A DNA stretch of 64,000 nucleotides from Eledone cirrhosa. Its lineage: Eukaryota. Below the pieces are notes generated by a model. It made no database searches, was not told the origin of the DNA, and worked only from the letters and a program-made list of their open reading frames with translations. A program made the translations under genes and the position numbers. The first letter of the stretch is position 1, and every line of letters starts with the position of its first letter. This document shows positions 49,801-61,800 of this stretch, piece by piece. Location of the stretch: contig OZ024740.1 of the NCBI GenBank assembly GCA_964016885.1, positions 259,656,001 through 259,720,000 on the forward strand. The letters are read 5' to 3'.

Positions 49801-52800
49801 AGTAATACAATACAATTTATATAAGCAAAATGATGTTGAAAAAATAACAAAATAATTGTTAATAAATTTTATGAAAGAATGTACTAAAATTCTTTTTTTC
49901 TCAAAATGTCCTTGTAAAACTCAGGGGGAAGGGGTGTCCAATAGGCCAGCAAATATGGTAAATTAATTTTCTTTCAGATTTTTAATTATAATAACATTAT
50001 TTAATTTTAAATGTTTCTCTCACTAATACACCACTGTAAATTTATATACAGAAAAATCCTGTAGATATGTAGGAAAAAGTTAAATTGATGCCAATCTGTT
50101 ATGATATCTTTTATTCTTTTATTAATAAATCATTCAATATTTATATTTACAGATCAATCAGGTACTGTTCATTTACATTTTATTCAATTAATTATGTGTG
50201 GTGATTACTGTCTATATAGAACTAACAGTTTACAGAGTGAACACCAACACTACCACTTTTCAGAGTGTAGTGGATGCATTGTTTAATGGTTCCAGCTCTA
50301 CTCCATTACAGTGTAGACTGCATGCATTTTATCATGACATCAGCATGATAAAATGCAGAGTGAACTGGGTGAATTTTATAGCACAGCACTACAACTTTAC
50401 AGAGTGTACTGGGTGTATATAAATACAATAAATGGTAATTACTTACTGTTTGCTTTACTTCGGTTTCTTTGTGCACTAGAACTATTATTTTCATTTGGCA
50501 CTTCAACAAACTGAAGACTTTGGTAGAAAATATGATATTCCAGTTGTTTTATATTCTTTACTTCAAATGATGACGAGCCTGCAATAGAGGGTAGAAATAT
50601 TACAAGCTAACATTGTGGTTGTTCCATCATGGCTTGTTTTTCATTACAAATGAAAGTTTATATGGAAACTTGCCTAAGATGGTAATGACAATTGCTCAAA
50701 GATGGTTACAATTTGCAGGACATTGTTAGAGAAGTAAGCAGGAAGTTACACACAAGTTACTATTGTGAGAACTAACTAACAGGAGATGTAATGGCGGAAG
50801 ACCTGCTCAAACCTTCATCAATCAACTCTCAGACAATACAAATGTCAGCAGGGAACAGCTGCTAGGAGCAATGGAAAATTGTGAACTATGGAGAGACTTT
50901 GTCAGGGATGTTTAACTGGTCATGATGATGATGATGAACATGGGTATAGAGGTAGAATATAGGGAGGGTAACATTTTGTGGAGTTTGGTGATTAAAATAG
51001 GGTTCAAAGCAGAGTGGGGTTCTGGTTAGAATAGGGTTCTGGTTTGAGACTGGGGCCATGATTAGAGTGGGTCTTCAGTTAGAGATTATAGAGATTATAG
51101 ATCTACTTCATCAAAGCTCTCCTGGAACTAAACAACAACAACTGTGAATATATAAAGTTTATAGAACTTACCATATACAATTTTTTCACGTTCTTCCAGA
51201 GCTTTCAGAAGGCTGAGAATTTCTTCAAAGTTTTGGTAATGAGAGTTTCCACTAAGGCTGAAAGACACAAACAAAACAATTATTTAGTCTGGAATGAAGT
51301 TCTACATATGATAATAACTACACCTAACTTATCTTTTTCTTCATCCATCTTACTCCTACACCTTCCCTCTTTGAACTATTTGTATCAATTTTACCTAAAA
51401 ATATAATCATCACAGTTTTATGTCTATTTTCATATAGACATGGGTTGGACAGGTTGTTACATTCCAAAACTAGACATGTCTGTCTCATAAATTTCCTATT
51501 GGCATGGTTTCTATGGCAGGATGTCTTTTCTAATGTCAATTACTTTATAGCATAGATTGGGTACATTTAATCATGGCAACAGCAGGGAAATCGGATGTTG
51601 ATGATGATCCTAAATACTATCATCTCTGCCAATACCTTACGGTGTCAATATCTGGGCAGAATATAATTTAATTACTATCAATGACTGTTATAAGCCTTAA
51701 TTAGCTCTGCTTGATGAATGTGTGGTCCCAAACTTCTTATAATAGTAAACATCTATACATATATGTCTGTATTATCAGTCTTCTTTTTTGCATACTACAT
51801 TTGATTCCTCATAGACTGAGTTGAGAGAAAATCTAAGTTTAAGAGGAATCAGGTATAGTGTGCAAGAGAGAAGATAATGGTTGTACAGATATATAATGTG
51901 TATAGATGATCAGAATTGAGTATAGAATTGACAGGAATTCTAAGTGGAAGTAAACCCAAGAAAAAGAAAACCTAAGTAGAAATGGTGGTGCAAACATATC
52001 AGTTGAGTAAAGAATTGCCAGAAATTCCAAGTGGAAGTAAACCCCAGAGAAAGAAGGCCTTAGCAGAAATGGTAAAAGCTGACCTCTGGGTGTTGAACCT
52101 CATAAAGAAGATGTCTTTTATAAATATAAACATTTACATATTGATGAAGTATGACAAGGGGTGATGTTTTTGTGTTATAAACAGTCACCAGAAATTACCT
52201 GAATTCTCTGAGAGCTACAGCTGTGAAGAGTCTTTTGAGTTGGTCAAACACAGTTTGTCTTTCATCCATTGCTCTGTGAAAGAGAACATCAGCAACAACT
52301 GTCAATACTAATACTAATAATAACATGTAGTTAATATAAACATGAAGAATTGTTGATCATTTTAACAGAAAAAGGGGAAAAAAGAAAGGAGCCAATTGTA
52401 AAATTGGATTAGGGCAACCTTGTTTCCGTTGGTCTTTCCATAGATGGTACTGTTTACTGATATTAACCCCTACCAGGAGTAACAACATGAAATAAAGCAT
52501 TTGACTAAAGAACAGAATGTGGCTCAAGAATACAATGTGGGTCAAGAACTGAATGTGACTCAAGAACTGAATGTGGCTCAAGAACAAAATGTGACTCAAG
52601 AACAAAATGTGGCTCAAGAACAAAATGTGGCTCAAGAACAAAATATGGATCAAGAACAAAATGTGGATCAAGAACAAATTGTGGATTAATAACAGAATGT
52701 AGCTCAAGAATACAATTTGGCTCAAGAACAGAATATGGCTCAAGACCACAATGTGGCTCAAGAACCTCAATGTGACTCAAGAACCACAATGTGGCTGAAA

Positions 52801-55800
52801 AACTACAATGTGGCTCAAGAATATAATGTGGCTGAAAAACCACAATGTGGCTCAAGAACAGAATGCGGTTCAAGAATCACAATGTGACACAAGAACAGAA
52901 TATGGGTCAAGAATAGAATGTGGTTCAAGTACTGAATGAGGATCAAGAACTACAATGAGGATCAAGAACTACAATGTGGCTCAAGAATAGAATGCAGTTC
53001 AAGAACACAATGTGGATCAAGAACAGCATGTGGCTGAAGAACCACAATGTGGCTGAAAAATATAATGTGGCTAAAGAACCACAATGTGGCTGAAGAACAG
53101 AATGTGGTTCAAGAACAGAATGTGATTCAAGAATAGTATTTGGCTCAAGAACAGAATGTGATTCAAGAATAGTATTTGGCTCAAGAACAGAATGTGATTC
53201 AAGAATAGTATTTGGCTCAAGAACAGAATGTGATTCAAGAATACTATTTGGCTCCATGACTCTATGGTCGTTGGTACAACACTCTAAACATTAGGCCATA
53301 TGCCTTCATATAAAAAATCACTCATATACCAGTTATACACCTCAATGTGACCTCCACCTTTCCCATGGCCTAACATTGAACTCCACTTCAATACAACCAC
53401 CACTCTGACCACCCTCTCCCTGCATATCAAACAACACTCCATCATAACCCCAATTACCACCACATATCAAACTATACTTCAACCCAACTACCACTACCCC
53501 CCCCCCCCCTGCACATCAAACAACACTCCATCACCACCACACATCCAACAATACTCCAACCCAACCACCACCACTACATATCCAGCAACATTTCAACACA
53601 ATTACCCCCACCACCACATCTTACCTGTTATAAAACTGGTTCATCTTAGCCAGAAGGTTACAGAGAGTTTCGGTCAGACCTGAGTCCATTAGTGCAGCAC
53701 ATATCACTGAGTTACACTCAAACATCTGAAATATACAATATACACGGAGTTATAATATCTTCTGCTTCTCAGAGCTGGCTGATCCCTTTATACCTTAGGT
53801 ACTCCCATCCCACTAGTTTCCCCTACCCTCATCACCAATATTGTAACCAACAACCCAAGCCCTGCACTAACCCCTACTCCCAGTCATTTTATCGCAGAAC
53901 ATCACCCTTCTGGAATTCTCTCCCAGCTAATATCTTTGCTGCAAAATTTGTTCGGTCTCGGAAGGTCTGGAACAATCATGGACACAACCCTTTACACGAC
54001 CCTTTTTTTTAAAATCAATCAGCAAGATCCCAGACCTCATTCACTGAGTTGGGTAGAACTTGTCAAATTAGACCAAGGAAACAATGTTTCCATTAGTCTT
54101 TCCATTGCTGATACTGTCTGCTGGTTGCAATTCCTGGGGGACCTAGCAAATAAAAAACTATGCTAACATTTTAGTATCAACAAAAACCAAACAGAACTTT
54201 GTACTCTCAAGACATTATAGAGGTCTGTGTTAAATGTTAGGTTAAAGACATTTTATAGGACTGTGTTAAATGGTAGGTTAAAAGAATGTCTTACCTGAAG
54301 AATAATGTTTAAAAAAGAAGAAGTTAAGGCAAAGTCTTCAGAAGATTTCTCCAATAGAGACAGTAGAAGTGGTGCTGAAGATAGCTGTACTTGGTTCACA
54401 TGGTGGAGTTGGCTAAAATCAAAGCTGATATAACAAGAAGGAAGAAGAAGTAGTAGAGATCAGTGGGGAAGTTTGTGTAATTTTGCCAAATATTTAAAAT
54501 ATATAATCAATTGACTTTTAAACAATGGATCAATCAACTAAACAGAATGGATAAGGTTAAAAAAATGTAAATGAAATTTACAGCTCTCACCTGTGCAGTT
54601 GTATCTCATCAGAGGTTTCTTGAGTGTTTTAATGATAGGGGCCCCAGTCTTACATTATTGTTGTTATTGTTATAGTTCAGACCTATGCAGGTTTAACTGA
54701 CCTCAAATAAGGTATCTCATTGGAGGTTTCTTGGGCGTTTTAATGATAGGGGCCCCAGACATAATCAAATGATAAAATGAATGCAAATGACTCTGTAATG
54801 TGGTTGGCATTAGAAAGGGCATCCAGCTATATAAGCCAAGCTCCCAGTACACTCTAAAGAAGTTGGTGTTAGGAAGGGCATCCAGCTATATAAGCCATGC
54901 CAAATATGGAATGTATGAGCAAGATTTAGTTCTCTAATCAGTCTAGTCCTAGACTGACAACCAGCCATGCCACCATAAACAATGGGTGGAAAGCAGAGAA
55001 AAAAAAGAAAAAGAAGAAAAAGAAGAAAAAGAAGAAAAAGAAAAGAAAACAAAACAAAAAGAGAAAAGAGAAAATAAAAAATAAAAAGAAAAGAAAAGCA
55101 AAAGAAAAGGGAAAAAGAAAAATAAGGAGGAGGAGGAGTACCTACCCTTCATCCATTTTGAATGACTTGGCAATCATTATAGAGAAAGCCATCTCTACCA
55201 GACATTTCTCAGATTGATAATGGTAAAGCTGAGTTGCTAACAAATGGAAACCATTTAACTTGAGGAAGACTTCAACATGGTTATTACGGCATCGACGGAG
55301 ATAGATGTCAAGGAGCTGTGGAAGGAGAAGATAGCAACGATGATGATGATGATGATGACAACAGTAACAACAACAACAGTGACAACAACAACAGTGACAA
55401 TAACAACAGCAGTTACAACAATGACAACAGCAGCAGTGACCGCAGCAATAGCAACAATAACAGTGACAGTAACACAAACAGAAACAATAATAGTAACAAT
55501 GACAGCAACAATGTAATATTGTGATCTCTTAATTCGGAGAACTAGCGGCTCTACTTGGAGTGATTTTCTGATCTACGAGCTAGGCACTCTATCTAGTAAC
55601 ATTACTCAAAAGACCCTTCGGAGGAACCCCATTTCGGCCACTTGCATTCACAATCGTATTCTATGATTATAAATTGAATGATAAGGGTGCTTGAGCTCTG
55701 ATGAACAGCCAGCTAGCAATGAAATATGTAATGGCAGTCTTTTATACTTTTCTGTATATAAAGTGAACAACAAAGTTTTTCATATCTGTTTGTTTTCAAA

Positions 55801-58800
55801 GTGAGTCTTATAAACTGATTTTTTTTTTAAATATGAATTTTTTTTTATTTGGTTAAACAGACAGAAAAAGAAAGCAGCATTTGAAAGGACTATAGATGCC
55901 ATAAATGAGAGGAAAAGGAGGGAAAGAGCAAGGACTACTAGACAAGAAAGAAAGGAGGAAGGGGAGAGGGTGACAGAGTCTAAACCTAGGTCAGAGTGGT
56001 GTTTCTGTTGCGCCCCGTAGACAAAATGGCAATGGTATTTCTGTGGATAATGGCCAGCAACACACACTGCAAAAGCTACCCCACCTCACAGGGCTGTTTC
56101 CTATAAACTGTGGTTATATCTACATTAGATTGATACCAAATCACCTGAAACCATGCCTGGTTCTATGATACATTTTTTTAAAAGCATTTATATTTCTTTA
56201 GAAAAAACACTATCATATCTTATGTAAGAGCCTTTGTTAAATTATATTCCAAACACCAGTTGTTCCAAACAACTGAAAATCCTATACATTGTCTTTCCTA
56301 AGAAATATAGTAATGAAAGGGTTAAATAGGAAATTAAGTGCAGGGTGTAAAGAAAGAAAACAATGTATAGGGGCTGTACATACAGAGAGAAAATGTATAG
56401 GGGCTGTACATACAGAGACAAAATGTATAGGGGCTGTGCATACAGAGAGAAAACAATCTTTAGGGGCAGTTCACACAGAGGGAAAACTGTGTAGGGGTTG
56501 TGCATACAGAGAAAAAACAATGTGTAGGGGCTATTAATACAGAGAGAAAACAATGTTTAGGGGTTGTTAATAGAGAGAGAAAATGTGTAGGGGTTGTGGA
56601 TACAGAGAGAAAACAATGTGTAGGGCTGTGCATAGAGAGAGAAAGATGGGCAATTTAGGCAATGGAAAAGTTTTCTCATGTAAAACTTGACAGTAATCAA
56701 AAAGCTAAACTTACCCGGATGACAAGGGCCCGAATCTGTGCTGAACTGTTGTGTGCCAGAACTATGAGGACTCGAGCATTTATTACATTGAAGAGAAGCT
56801 GGTCTAATTGATTCTCATCAAATACTATCAATGTTGAACATAACAGATCAAGTAAACCTGGGAATATAATGATAGTATGTGATAGTTTGGTAATTACTGG
56901 GGATATAGCTACCATAGAACATCACTACAACAGTCACCAACTCTACAACCACCACATTCACCACAGCCTCCAACACTACACCACCACAGCCTCCAACACT
57001 ACACCACCACAACCTCCAACACCACCACCACCATATATCACTACAACTCTCCCTCCTAGATCCATTGTCAGTGCTACCCCACCACAATATCTATATATAA
57101 AACACCATATGTGTTGGGCCCCCATTGTTTCTGACTGGGACAACCTGCTTGGGAAATTAATGTATATGTGACTGAACATTCCACAGACATGTCAGGGAGA
57201 TCCAATGTGACACAATTCATTTGACCCCTCTGAGTAGACTGGAGCATTGTGAATTAAAGTGTTTACTCCAGAAAACAACACACTTCCTGATCTGAGAATT
57301 GAACCTGAGTCCAACCCCCTAAATTAGGTCACATATTTCCACATCAATGAAACAAAACAAAAAAACTGTAGGGCTGAAGGGCCTTGCCAGAAGTAGCAAA
57401 GGACTGTGACATCATGGCAGGGAAGAGAAGGCAGCAAGTAGCATTGGAGGCTTTCTCCCTCTCTTGGTCAACAAAAGCTGGGGAAGCAAGTCATACATGT
57501 TTCTGCTCCATGTGTAGAGACCATGTGGGGACATTTTCTGGAGAAAGAGTAGAATTAGGCTGGGCTGGGCACCTAAGGACCACGGATATACCACATTCTG
57601 GAGAAGATCAGTCAGTGAGATGTCTCACGAGGTAGATGAACTACGCTTTTCCCCCTTGTACTACAAAAAACTTCCTTACCAGCACAGAGGACTACAAGAC
57701 CTTTCTCTGTTGTTTCATGGTCTTCACTTTCATATACATCATCATCATCGTCATCATCGTCATCATCAGAATCTAGGGAACTGCCAATATCACAGCTTGT
57801 AGGGGACAATGATTCAGAGAGAGAATATAAGGCTCTACGGCAATGACTGCTACTGTTGTCTTGTTCAATTGAACTCAATTTCTGAGAGTGGCTCCCATCA
57901 ATGGTATTACCAGCAGACTTCTCAGAACTGCAGGCTGAATTATCATTAGCATCATTGCAGGCAGCTTCAATAAAACTGTTGTCAGTTCCACAAGAGTCTG
58001 GCGTTTTCTCACTGCTGTTTGAAAGATTCTTCGAGGAAACCTTTTTACCATCTTGGAATTGTTCTGCATAGTTCTGTTTATCCTTTTGTGTCTTCCATCC
58101 TCTCAATTCATTATTGCTTGGATATGAAGCTGAACGAGGTCGGTTCATCCCGATCTGTCGATCATACACAGGCTTGTTAGATGAAACAAAAGACACTGTT
58201 CGGAAGAGACCTGAAACCAATATATATATATAAGTTAAATAATGTATTGCTTTATTTATCAAAATGAATCAGAAGACGTGAGATTTCTAGAAGATAATAG
58301 AAACAGAACAACAAACATGATATCAAATTTAAACCAGAAACAATAAATGGAGCAAACACAACAAATAGAAGAAATACAACAAATTATCACAAATTTTGAC
58401 AAATAAATGTGTATAAACAAAAAGCACCCAGCCCATATTGTAAAGTGATCATTTTGGTGTCACGACAAAAAGCACCCAGTTCACACTGTAAAGTAGTTGT
58501 GTTGGTGACACAACAAAAGCACCCAGTTCACACTGTAAGATTATCATGTTGGTGACATGACAAAAAGCATCCAATACACACTGTAAAGTGGTCGTGTTGG
58601 TGACACAACAAAAAGCACCCAGTCCACACTAAAGTGGTTGATATTAGGAAGCGCATCCAGCCATAGAAACCAAACCAGAAACAGTTCTGTATGAGCAAGA
58701 CACAGTCACCTGATCTGACTTGTCTCACAATGGGATAACCCATCTAATCCATGCTGACATGGAAAAATGATGATGATGATGATGATGAGGAAAAAAAAAC

Positions 58801-61800
58801 ACTGTACATTAGAAAATGTGAGATAAAAAATCTGAAATCATCAGATCAGACCAAGGAAACTATATTTCCAACGGTCTTTCCATTGTTGTTACGATCTGCT
58901 GGTGTTAAGAAGAAGCAGCTTACCTTTTCTCTGTCCATCAGTTACATCGCCATAATCACCAAGGCTAGTCAGTCTCACTTGATCAATTGTCCGATTCCTC
59001 CGACTGAATCTCCTTGCAATGGGTGTCCCTGGTACACCTGGTAGATAGACATACAGACATTGTATCAGGTACACTTGGTAGATAGATAAATAATAGGTTG
59101 TTCAGGTACAACTGATAGGCAGAAGGACAGGCAGACAGAAAGGCACTGTGTCAGGTACACCTGATGGACATACTGACTAATAATGTTGGTATACCTGATA
59201 TATATATATATATATATATATACAGAGACTAATAATTGTTTCGACTTTTGGCACAAGGCCAGCAATTATCCCAGTGCATTACTGGTACTTTATTTTATCA
59301 ACCCCGTAAGGATGAAAGCAAAGTTAACCTCGGCGGGATTTGAACTCAGTCTGTAAAGGGACATAACTGTGTTGCAAAGCAGGGTGTTTGACCCTCTACC
59401 GATACTGCCTATATCTGATAGAGACACATATAAATTGATAGATAATGTTGGTACATTTGATGCACACATATAAATATACAGACAGATAATTCAATGTAAA
59501 GTTATGTTGGTGCCACAACATCCAGGCCGAAACAAATGAGATCGTGTAGGTGTCCCGACAAAAAAAAAACACACAGTCCACGCTGTAATGTGGCCGTGTA
59601 GGCAACACGGTAAAAACCTCCCAGTCCCACACTGTAAATGTGGTTGGTGTTAGGAAGGGCATCCAGCTGTAGAAAACCCGCCAGACAGTCCACGCTGTAA
59701 TGTGGCCGTGTAGGCAACACAGTAAAAACCTCCCAGCCCCACACTGTAAATGTGGTTGGTGTTAGGAAGGGCATCCAGCTGTAGAAAACTCGCCAGATAG
59801 TCCTATGCGAGCAAGACAACCACTCTTGCCTCAAGTGGGAAAACTCCCGTCCAAACCCATGCAAGTGTGGAACATGGACGTTAAACGATGATGATGATAA
59901 TGTTGGTTCATCTGATAGACACACATATAAATACATAGATTGATAATATTGGTGTGAGAGAAAAAGTGAGGGGGGTAAGAATTATCTCCAATATCGGATT
60001 GGTACTTTATCAACCTTGAAAAGACAACAGACAAAGTTGACCACAGATAATAAGGGAGTGTAGGGAATTGGAATGATCATCGTAAAACATAAATTCTGAC
60101 ATTTCAACAGCTCTTTATTTGCCACCCACATGACTGTAAAGGAAAAAAGGAAGCTGATCATCTGGTCAGACCAATAGAGACAAAGTTTCCATTGGTCTTT
60201 CCATAGCTGATACTATTAGCTAGTCTCAACTACTGGCAGAAACATCACAGCTTTTCCATGACAAGTGGGATTTCGGCTGAAAATAGATAACATAAAGCAT
60301 CTCATCAGATGTTGCCACAATTCTACCAATCCATTGGCCCTGGGTTGGCAGTTTATTTTGTGATCTCCGAAATGATGAAAAGTAAAGTTGACCTTTGTAG
60401 GATTTGAACTCAGAGAACTGGAACAAATACCAAGACATTTAATTCGATTAACTAATGACTCTGCTAATCTACTAATATATAATACGCTTGTGTATTTGTC
60501 CATCACAAGAGATGACTGTGGAAGGAAGGGGTGATAAAGTCGACTGAGAAAGGAGGGGTGGCAGTGTCCAATATTCGCTACACCTGTGTGTCTATATGTA
60601 TAGCGAATTGGCTACACACATTGGTTGTTATGATTATATGTGTGTGTGTGTATATATGTATTTGTGTAAATTATATCTATATATAATATTTGTGTGAGTG
60701 TATGTCTGTGTGTTTATTTAGAAAGATACATGGACAATAGAATTACAAACACACACGAATCTACACATACATACATATATATAAGCAGACACACATAGAA
60801 AAATAATTATTACATACACACACACACATCTATGTGATGACTGAGGAAGGACTAGGCGAGAAACTATTGAAGTCCAGCATTCTAAGATTCGTCACACTTG
60901 TGTGTGTATGTGTAACGATTTGGCTACATACATTCACTGTGTGTTTGTATGTTTGTATCACATATGTGTGAGTGCGAAGGAACCAACAAACATCTTTTTT
61001 TCTATTATGTATGCATATTACAATTAGCTGTCATTTTTTATGGCACGGGGCCAGCTAGTTATGAAGATAAAAATGGATGTCCTCTTCTTCTCCTACTTAT
61101 TCCTGGGATGGTTGTGAGCAGCAGGGTCTTCAAACACTCCTTCCAGTGGGTCCTGTCAGAAGCAACCGTCTCCAAATGATCTGGCTGGATCCCCAATGAA
61201 GACCAGCTGAGCTCATGGATTTTATCCAAACTATTTTGCTCCTGGTCTGTCCTTGGGTGTCCTGCCATTTGGTTTTGCCTGTAAAATTTGTCCAGCAATT
61301 CTTTCCTGAGACATTCTAACCACATACTTGTAATATTGGAGTTGTGATCCCTCAATTCAGAGAAGTAGTGGCTTTACCTTGAGCAACTCGCTGATCTCTC
61401 AGTTATGGACTTTATTTAATAACTTTACTTTAAAGACACATCAGAGGAACCCCTGTTCAATTCTTTCCTGAGACATTCTAAACACATGCCAACGCTGTGA
61501 TCTCTCAATTTGGAGAAGTAGCAACTCTACCTGGAGTGACTCTCTGATGTCTGAGCTACTCACTCTATAAAAATAGATGTAAAAAAACAAAATAAACCAA
61601 TATGATAAAAAGAAAAAGAAAGTAATCAAGCAAGAAAGCTCTAAAGAGAGTAAATATTAGAGAAGAAATGGAACTTACCCCACCAGCAACTGAAATAGAA
61701 TCCGGATCTTGCATAGTTTATGTAGGTATCAGCAGCAGGGTGCATTAACAAGAGGAAGTCACAGACAGCTACTATTAAGTGAGAGTCTGGTGGGGAACCA

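Noticed and set aside
54591-54760. Possible extra exon ending CAG|gtgag
   Set aside because: No polypyrimidine acceptor; region is a short local duplication, and exons 6 and 7 already join in phase
55699-55740. CTGATGA...GAAA hammerhead-like words
   Set aside because: No stem I and no convincing stem II
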